Below, piece by piece: positions 9,090-15,315 of a DNA stretch of 64,000 nt (position 1 is its first letter; each line of letters begins with the position of its first letter). A program made the position numbers and the translations under genes. The stretch comes from an uncultured Gammaproteobacteria bacterium (lineage in GTDB: Bacteria; Patescibacteriota; Patescibacteriia; Magasanikbacterales; UBA922): assembly GCA_964418775.1 (NCBI GenBank), contig CAYQNA010000004.1, positions 14,230 through 78,229 of the forward strand, read 5' to 3'. Below the pieces are notes generated by a model. It saw only the letters and a list, made by a program, of their open reading frames with translations, was not told where the DNA came from and made no database searches.

Positions 9090-10034
9090 TTACAGAAGAT
9101 TATCAAAGGTAATCCGATTTACATCGTCAAGCATAGCCCTGTTTGGAAGTCCACGCAAGTAGGCACACGTCATATTTATGTCTGAATGCCCGAGCAATTG
9201 CCTTAACTTGAATATGTCAGTTCCAGAATTCAGGAGGTTAATAGCAAAGGTGTGACGAAACTTATGTGGGTTAAACTTAACACCACTTTCTCTGACGACC
9301 AAAGCAATAAAGTGCTTAAAACCGTGCATAGTAAACCTCTTATCTTCACCACTCACGACCCATAAATAAGGCGTGGTATAACGTCCTTTTCTTCGCTCGA
9401 CCAAGTACTCCTTTAGAGCAACTAAAACCTTTTGATTTAGAGGTATCCAGCGGTCACGTTTTGATTTTGAGCTTTCGGCCCTAACCCTTAATTCCTTTTT
9501 ATCCAAATCAATATCAACCAGGTGGATTCCAATAAGCTCGCCTTTTCGGATTCCACAATTAAGAAGCACAGACAGAATGGCTAAATTTCTTCGCTTAATA
9601 AGGGTATTTTTCCACTTTATGTTAAAGGAGACTGCATTAAATATGCTTTCTATACTCTCTTTTGGGATGAACTCACGCTTAGAGTAAATCACTTCTGGGT
9701 ACGGAATCCCAGAAAAAGGCCCATTACTGATATGTCCCCGCTCCCTAAGCCAGTCAAAAAATTTATTAAGTTTACTGCGATATGTAGCGACCGTTGAATT
9801 TTTAATACCCTTTTTAATCTTCCCCCTACCTACCCTACGTTCTCTTTTTTCTAGAGTACGAAAAAAATCAATCATTTTAGGCGGCGTGAGATCTGCCAAT
9901 TCTAAATCTGGATAAATTTTTAAAAGAAGCGTGAAACAGGCCCGATACCCCCTCAGGGTTTCCTCTCGCAACTTCTCGGCATAACGGCACTCCTCAATAA
10001 ATTCCTCAAAAAGCTGACTAATAGTCTTACTCAT
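9090..10034 (-). CDS. Tyrosine recombinase/integrase (Xer-like)
   Basis: GIRKGE, SKSKR, HKFRH, LGHSD and terminal CAY: intact R-K-H-R-H-Y set. Confidence 0.93.
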   Translation of the reverse strand: MSKTISQLFEEFIEECRYAEKLREETLRGYRACFTLLLKIYPDLELADLTPPKMIDFFRTLEKRERRVGRGKIKKGIKNSTVATYRSKLNKFFDWLRERGHISNGPFSGIPYPEVIYSKREFIPKESIESIFNAVSFNIKWKNTLIKRRNLAILSVLLNCGIRKGELIGIHLVDIDLDKKELRVRAESSKSKRDRWIPLNQKVLVALKEYLVERRKGRYTTPYLWVVSGEDKRFTMHGFKHFIALVVRESGVKFNPHKFRHTFAINLLNSGTDIFKLRQLLGHSDINMTCAYLRGLPNRAMLDDVNRITFDNLL

Positions 10035-10157
10035 ACAAAAAAGTTAATAATTACATTTGTATGAATTGAGGATAAAACAAAAAACAAACGTGTGCTAACG
10101 TTTGCTGAGTAAAATATTGGCTTATTTTAGATAAGAAACAGTACCCTGTGAGTAACT

Positions 10158-10946
10158 TTAGGAAACTTTTTCAGATTTCCATCTTAAACAGGCGCTGGAG
10201 TAGCGCTCCAGAGTAATAAACTCACCTATGTCAGAAACACCATTGTGCTGCAAATCGTAATAACACTGACGAATATAGGCCCATACTTTCTCAGGGGATT
10301 TATTTTCAATTTTACGGTTACGCTTTGGCAGTCTGTTTCTGTGTTGTACTAAATAACGATAAATACGGTCACCATCTACTGTGAAATCTGGGTTACGAAC
10401 CTTGATACAGGCTTCCAGAAATAGATAGCGCCGAGTACCATCGGCTTCAATTATGAGCTCGTCACTACCACGTCTATAAATACCTACCCACTCTTTAAGA
10501 TACAGAGCAAGATCGTCTTGAGCAGACTTATTTTTTGCAGTCTCTGTTCTGGTGTCCACACTATCATTTCCTGTGTTTTCATAGCCCAAAAGCAATGTTT
10601 CCAAAACCCGCTTTTTTACTCCAGAAAACAAAACGAGCTTTTCTAGTATTTCGCTAGAATACGGTATTTTTTGGTCTAAAATTAAATTCTTTTTAAGAGT
10701 GTCAGCTCCTGAATTAAAGTAATCTTTCCAGACCTTAGTTTTTGGCCCTAAACCCATACCCTTAAACACGTTTTCAACTTCTGCATCTGTTTTTACAAGC
10801 TTTAAAACAGTGTGGTAGATATCTTCTTGAATTTCAGGCAGATCAAGCGGTAATGCCGCTACATTGGGCATTTTAGACTCCAAAAAATAACTGCAAAAAT
10901 TCAGATCCTCTAGCAACTCTCCCAATCTTTTAGCGGTGTAATTCAT
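10158..10946 (-). CDS. Hypothetical protein, possible C-terminal winged-helix DNA-binding domain
   Basis: 262-aa ORF co-oriented with the island genes; basic helical C-terminus. The fold is a guess. Confidence 0.55.
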   Translation of the reverse strand: MNYTAKRLGELLEDLNFCSYFLESKMPNVAALPLDLPEIQEDIYHTVLKLVKTDAEVENVFKGMGLGPKTKVWKDYFNSGADTLKKNLILDQKIPYSSEILEKLVLFSGVKKRVLETLLLGYENTGNDSVDTRTETAKNKSAQDDLALYLKEWVGIYRRGSDELIIEADGTRRYLFLEACIKVRNPDFTVDGDRIYRYLVQHRNRLPKRNRKIENKSPEKVWAYIRQCYYDLQHNGVSDIGEFITLERYSSACLRWKSEKVS

Positions 10947-11029
10947 ATGACCTCATCTTACCAAAACCACCCCAAAAATCCAGAGTAACCAAAAAGAAGG
11001 CTTTCGGCCTTCCTCTTGGATCCCGCACC

Positions 11030-11830
11030 TCAGTTTTGAATGGTTCTTAGGATACCATTACCAAAATAAAGATAACTACCCAAACCATAAACCCACTGTT
11101 CCTCCACGCTACCAGAACTAATTGTTTTATTAATATCAGTAGGCCGACCCCAGGCAGCAACCACTTGCTCCTGTGTCATTCCAATCCTGACCTTTTTGTT
11201 AGCTACGGCTCCACAAATATCCCTCTCCCAGCCTGGGTGTTCGGCACACACCTTACCTACTTTCTCTTGCTCGGCATTTTTCTTAGCAATTGTGGCTGCC
11301 TGTTCTTTGCAAAATGGATTTTGCGACTTTTTAATGCACGCGCAAAAGCCATTCCCATCCTCATTCCCCAAAATGCTATAGTTTTCGGTAGAACTAGCTA
11401 GGGATACCTTTTTAAGCACCTCTGAGGTGGTGTATTTAGAGTTAGGGTCAATAACACACACCTGGTCAATAGGTTTTTTAAGTGGTGATGTAACCCAGAT
11501 AACAAAATCACCCTTTTTCCAAAACGTAGAAGTAGCGCCTGACAGGGTACCGTTCCCCATCTTCCTTGAGGTTATCAGCGCATCTAACCCCACGTCTGAC
11601 GTAGGCGCACCCAATATTTCCTCTGCCTTGCTGCGATCAACATCAAATAGAGCTTTAGCGTCAAAAGCAGGTGTTTCTAGTGAGGCCACAAAATTCGCTC
11701 GGTCAGCTTTATTACTTTCATTAATAAATAGGCCTAGTATATTGATTATCCCAAAAAATCCAATCACGCAGGCTACTATAATACCGCAGGTTGAATGCTT
11801 CTTAGTAGGCGTACCAGCTTGCTGCTCCAT
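11030..11830 (-). CDS. Membrane-anchored protein with C-terminal SmpA/DUF2845-like domain
   Basis: N-terminal TM; C-terminal IGMTQEQVVAAWGRP...EQWVY...YLYFGNGIL pattern. Confidence 0.7.
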   Translation of the reverse strand: MEQQAGTPTKKHSTCGIIVACVIGFFGIINILGLFINESNKADRANFVASLETPAFDAKALFDVDRSKAEEILGAPTSDVGLDALITSRKMGNGTLSGATSTFWKKGDFVIWVTSPLKKPIDQVCVIDPNSKYTTSEVLKKVSLASSTENYSILGNEDGNGFCACIKKSQNPFCKEQAATIAKKNAEQEKVGKVCAEHPGWERDICGAVANKKVRIGMTQEQVVAAWGRPTDINKTISSGSVEEQWVYGLGSYLYFGNGILRTIQN

Positions 11831-11860
11831 ATAAAAAAGTTAAATATAAAATTGAAAAAC

Positions 11861-12015
11861 AAAAAAGGCCCACCGTACTTTGACGGCACCCTTGCGGGGG
11901 CCCAGCACCGTTTCCAGTGCTGACTGCAACAACAATATCAAAGACGGTGAAGCCGTCTCTATGTTGTTGCAGTTTCTCGACCGTGCCTGGGGCTACTCGC
12001 CCCTAGGGTTAGGTC
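11861..12015 (-). ncRNA. Structured RNA leader / attenuator (resembles c4-type cloverleaf RNAs)
   Basis: Several strong helices, a GGCCC/GGGCC-U6 terminator, and an upstream promoter TTGACT-17-TAGTCT (12033-12061). Confidence 0.6.
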
Positions 12016-12112
12016 ATATAAATTGTGCTTATAGACTACGACAATGACATCTAAAAGTCAAATTAATAAAAAAACCTTGCGAAATGCAAGGCTGATCTTA
12101 AAACACAAGCGA

Positions 12113-12757
12113 CTAAAAATGACGGTTAATTTCTTTGCTATGAAATTTGCAAATCAATTGACCGTGTGTTTTTCTATCACGACTGTCGTTATAATAATCC
12201 CCCTCCAGCCTCTTACCATTTACATCTTTAAAAAACTTTAGTTTGGCGCTCCCACTATGGGTCCTCATACTCAGATTACTCCTAACAGTGGATGGTTTAT
12301 TATGATAAATATAAAAAATTGACCAGACATCAAATTCATCTTTTCCAAAATTTGCTACGACACTATACGAGCAGGATTGCTGTGTATATAAATTTACTAA
12401 TATATTGGAAAAATTTTGAGTCACCTCCAAAAAACCATCATACTTATTATTACCTGACGGATCAGAAAAACTAGAAATAATTTCACACTTATACCGTCCC
12501 CCAATATATGGGATACGATGAAGCCAGCAAAAAGGCCTGAGACGCCATAACAACTTTTCGTGGGTTTTTAAAATTAAGAACAGCAGCACTGGCACTGTGA
12601 GAGGTTGAATAAGTCCCCACTGGACTAGCTGCTCAACCCAACCAAAATGGACCATACTTAACACAGATTCTGTTAAATCTGCGACATAGTTAAGCGGATA
12701 AATCAAAAACAATATTGCCAGTATGTAGAACTTATAAATTGGATTTTTTGTTTGCAT
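12113..12757 (-). CDS. cap15: CBASS Cap15-like effector (2TM plus beta-barrel, SMODS-associated)
   Basis: Two N-terminal TM helices, 'LWR...P.IGGRY', 'Q.FSNI.V.L.T..S.S.S', 'YIYHNKP', 'HSGSAKL', 'LEGDYYND.R.THG'; directly downstream of the CD-NTase. Confidence 0.82.
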   Translation of the reverse strand: MQTKNPIYKFYILAILFLIYPLNYVADLTESVLSMVHFGWVEQLVQWGLIQPLTVPVLLFLILKTHEKLLWRLRPFCWLHRIPYIGGRYKCEIISSFSDPSGNNKYDGFLEVTQNFSNILVNLYTQQSCSYSVVANFGKDEFDVWSIFYIYHNKPSTVRSNLSMRTHSGSAKLKFFKDVNGKRLEGDYYNDSRDRKTHGQLICKFHSKEINRHF

Positions 12758-12758
12758 A

Positions 12759-13637
12759 CTAACGTACACCTAAAGCTTTTTTCCATTTATCTTCTGCAAA
12801 AGTCACCGAACGCGCCTGATAAGCGTCTATTCCATCCCGAAGTGAAAGAGCTAACCTTGTTTCAAAGTTAGAACGTGCATTCGCGGGCCAATTAGACAAA
12901 ATGTTTTCGTGTCCGCAAACACTTAAAACAGAACCACCCGGCACGTCAAGTTTTTCCAGAATAGAATGGGAAATTCTTAAAAAAGAGCTTGGAGGGTCAC
13001 TCAAAAAAAATCTATTTTCTGCCCCATAAACCAGCGCTTCAATTTTGTGAGAGGAAATAATTTCATTTTTCGGCCCAAAATGATTGATGGCCCAGTTTTT
13101 GAACATACGGACCATTGGTTTATACCTCTCCCCAGTATCCTGATTTTTTTGTACACCGTTCTTATAGTGAATACGCGGGCGACTAACCTTTTCCACTGCA
13201 TCTCTAAAGGAGTAAATACAGATAGGATCAGCTGTGTGGTCAGGAGAAACCATAACAGCAGGAACCACATCAACACTAAAGGCACCACTAATTTTTATAC
13301 ACTTGTCACCACGTTTTACTGTCCAAGAATAACGTTTTTGATCCCCTAAGACAGTTTCAATCTCAGAAAATATCTGTTCCCAATCTATACTCTGCGGGAA
13401 ACTGTAGCCTGAGTGAACTCCGCTAAAGGTGTCAAGCCTAACAGCAACAATATCAACGTCGTTAATATCAGAAATTGCTGTATCATTTTTATACGAACCC
13501 TGAAGGAAGGTATGGTGGGTCGTTCCAAGAAGCTCTTGGATATAATTCTGCAAAATGGCGACACTGCTGATTTTTGCAGGTGTAGGCCCTGCTGTGTAGG
13601 GCTTGACTAAGTGATCGGGTATCTGGTGAGCTGGCAT
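12759..13637 (-). CDS. cGAS/DncV-like nucleotidyltransferase (CD-NTase, CdnE-like)
   Basis: FLQGSYKNDT...DVDIV, GDKCIKI, VDVVPA, HYKNGVQKN, YKPMVRMFKN, SSHKIEALVY. Confidence 0.88.
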   Translation of the reverse strand: MPAHQIPDHLVKPYTAGPTPAKISSVAILQNYIQELLGTTHHTFLQGSYKNDTAISDINDVDIVAVRLDTFSGVHSGYSFPQSIDWEQIFSEIETVLGDQKRYSWTVKRGDKCIKISGAFSVDVVPAVMVSPDHTADPICIYSFRDAVEKVSRPRIHYKNGVQKNQDTGERYKPMVRMFKNWAINHFGPKNEIISSHKIEALVYGAENRFFLSDPPSSFLRISHSILEKLDVPGGSVLSVCGHENILSNWPANARSNFETRLALSLRDGIDAYQARSVTFAEDKWKKALGVR

Positions 13638-13679
13638 ATTTATTTAAAAATCCTTACCTCATCATACACCTTTTTTAAT

Positions 13680-14582
13680 TTAAATCAATGACTGGGAATT
13701 AAGCGGGTGTTTCCCTATCTGTCCCCTCAAGTGCTCGGCGCTCGCCGCCAGGTAAATAGTGGTTGTCTTAATGTCACTGTGCCCCATCATTTTTGACAAC
13801 GAAAAAATATCGCACCCACCCTCCAGCATTAAAGTAGCGAATGTGTGGCGTAGCTTGTGAATTCCAAACCTAAGGCCAGACGCGTTCATTATATTTCTGG
13901 TCAGAACTTTTAGGCCGTTTTCAGTAAAAGCGCAATCACGATTAAGTGAAGTAAAGAACTCGGGGCATTTTTTATTAAGGCGTTTACGCTCTGCCAGATA
14001 CTTGGTCAGGCTTTCGGCCAAGGTAAACGAAATTGGAATAACACGGTCCTTACCACCCTTGCCCTGGTTTACGAACAGGGACATATTTTGCAGATCAACG
14101 TCCTGGTATTTAAGGCTTAACAACTCTTTGCGGCGTATGCCTGTAAACAAGAACATTGAAAATATGGCGTGGTTGCGGTAACGCTGGTAACGATATTTGT
14201 ACGGGTAATTATAAGCCACCTCCAGCAGTCGCATTGCGTCCTGTTTAGTTAGCTTGGGTGGAAGTTTTTTATTAATCTTAGGTAACTCAATATCGTCCAT
14301 TGGATTTTTGTCCAAAAATTTATTTTCAACACACCAGCGAAAAAATACCACCAATGTTTTGTGGTAAGTCACAAATGAATTTGCCGACCATTTCTTTTCC
14401 GTCCGACCCCAAAAAAAGTAGTTACGCGTATTGTCCTCTGTCACCTCCTCTATCTCCTTAATGCCCGCGTGGGCGGCATACAACTTAATGACCTTCCGAT
14501 ACCTGACCAAGGTGGTCTGGCTAAACCCGCGAAAATACTTTGAATACTCGCAAAACCTTTCCCCCAATAAAAAAATGTCCAT
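13680..14582 (-). CDS. Tyrosine recombinase/integrase (XerD-like)
   Basis: TGIRRKE, QGKGGKDR, HKLRH, MGHSD, TTIY. Confidence 0.94.
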   Translation of the reverse strand: MDIFLLGERFCEYSKYFRGFSQTTLVRYRKVIKLYAAHAGIKEIEEVTEDNTRNYFFWGRTEKKWSANSFVTYHKTLVVFFRWCVENKFLDKNPMDDIELPKINKKLPPKLTKQDAMRLLEVAYNYPYKYRYQRYRNHAIFSMFLFTGIRRKELLSLKYQDVDLQNMSLFVNQGKGGKDRVIPISFTLAESLTKYLAERKRLNKKCPEFFTSLNRDCAFTENGLKVLTRNIMNASGLRFGIHKLRHTFATLMLEGGCDIFSLSKMMGHSDIKTTTIYLAASAEHLRGQIGKHPLNSQSLI

Positions 14583-14583
14583 A

Positions 14584-14615
14584 AAAACAAAATATCGCAA
14601 ATCGCTGCGATATTT
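14584..14615 (-). terminator. Terminator between the element tRNA and the integrase
   Basis: Minus strand AAATATCGCA-GCGATT-TGCGATATTT then TGTTTTT. Confidence 0.7.
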
Positions 14616-14622
14616 CTAGTAG

Positions 14623-14893
14623 AGCCACAGACCAGGATTGAACTGGTGACCTCGTCCTTCGTGTATACCTCTATTTCGTCCCCAGAGGGCTTTATAAGAG
14701 GGCTAGACTGTATCTTAGGCTTCCTTACGGGTCAGCCTCCCTTGTCAGTCGTTCGGGCGTAAAATACGCCACGGTCTTGGCCATTGCTGGCTATTAACCG
14801 TTATTCGGGCTTCACTGTTAGATTTCTCAGACAGTGGGCACATCTGTGTGCAGATATACCATGGACGCGCTCTACCAACTGAGCTACTGCGGC
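14623..14893 (-). tRNA. tRNA-Thr(GGT) containing a group I intron (exons 14893-14858 and 14659-14623)
   Basis: Joined exons fold into a full cloverleaf: acceptor GCCGCAG/CTGTGGC, anticodon arm CGTCC-ATGGTAA-GGACG, T arm ACCAG-TTCAATC-CTGGT. Confidence 0.93.
14660..14857 (-). ncRNA. Compact group I self-splicing intron, 198 nt, no ORF
   Basis: The 5' exon ends in U and forms P1 with a U-G pair (GGU|AUAUCUG-CACA-CAGAUGUGCC). Also P2 CACUGU/ACAGUG, P4 ACGGU/ACCGU, P5 GCCA-GCAA-UGGC, P7 GACUG/CAGUC, S element AAGAUACAGUCUA, P8 AGGCU/AGCCU and a terminal G. Confidence 0.9.
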
Positions 14894-15013
14894 ATTGAAT
14901 TGTACGGACTTTTTAACCTGTCGCCCGCGGCCATATTTAGTTGGGAACAGGCCATATGTCTTGGGGCATTTCGCTAAAATTAGCCACGAAATACCACTTT
15001 ACATACGACCTAT

Positions 15014-15054
15014 TCCTTACCATGGACGCGCTCTACCAACTGAGCTACTGCGGC
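15014..15054 (-). repeat. attL: intron-less 5' half of host tRNA-Thr(GGT), not restored
   Basis: Minus strand GCCGCAGTAGCTCAGTTGGTAGAGCGCGTCCATGGTAAGGA, then ATAGGTCGTATG with no T arm or acceptor 3' strand. Confidence 0.92.
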
Positions 15055-15150
15055 GAAATCCTGAGTGTCGTGCCGAGCTTGCTCGAGCATGACCGAAGGA
15101 TGAGCCGCAGCACGAAGTGCAGCGGCGACAAGGGCCTGGACCCTTTCTGT
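15055..15150. repeat. GC-rich palindromic spacer, REP-like
   Basis: CCTGAG...CCGAGCTTGCTCGAG...CGAAGG and GCCGC-AGCAC-GAA-GTGC-AGCGGC hairpins between tRNA-Val and tRNA-Thr. Confidence 0.35.
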
Positions 15151-15152
15151 CG

Positions 15153-15226
15153 TGCGCGCCGAGGGATTCGAACCCCCGACCCTCTCGGTGTAAACGAGAT
15201 GCTCTAACCAACTGAGCTAGGCGCGC
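15153..15226 (-). tRNA. tRNA-Val(TAC)
   Basis: GCGCGCC acceptor, anticodon arm TCTCG-TTTACAC-CGAGA, GTTCGAATC T loop. Confidence 0.96.
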
Positions 15227-15239
15227 TTAAAGTGTCAGT

Positions 15240-15268
15240 ATTATAGGAAATCCCCAGAAATAAGTCAA
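15240..15268 (-). promoter_or_regulatory. Sigma70 promoter of the tRNA-Val/tRNA-Thr operon
   Basis: Minus strand TTGACT-17 nt-TATAAT, 13 nt upstream of tRNA-Val. Confidence 0.85.
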
Positions 15269-15315
15269 CCCCCTATTTTAAACCCCAAATTCTGGTATAC
15301 TATGGCCACACCCCT

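Larger units (their letters stand above)
8088..15023 (-). mobile_element. tRNA-Thr(GGT)-integrated element with two tyrosine recombinases, CBASS and an intron-containing replacement tRNA
   Basis: Core TCCTTACCAT repeated at 8085-8094 and 15014-15023, flanked by the two halves of the host tRNA; two integrases; visibly AT-richer than its flanks; subterminal inverted repeat TGGCTAA/TTAGCCA. Confidence 0.9.

Noticed and set aside
12002-12012. CCTAGGGTTAG shared, in opposite orientation, with the NYN-associated RNA at 26372-26382
   Set aside because: An 11-nt match with dissimilar flanks is compatible with chance in 64 kb.
8050-14659. Conventional reading: an island flanked by a simple 3'-end tRNA duplication, with 14623-14893 as the host gene
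   Set aside because: It does not explain the intron-less 5' half at 15014-15054 or the motif symmetry 30 bp from both cores. It is disfavoured but not excluded without an empty-site genome.
14660-14857. Homing endonuclease in the intron
   Set aside because: The 198 nt are almost fully accounted for by ribozyme helices, leaving no room for an ORF.
14895-15211. Short ORFs 14895-15092, 14941-15207 and 15017-15211
   Set aside because: They overlap tRNA genes and att sequence and show no protein motifs.
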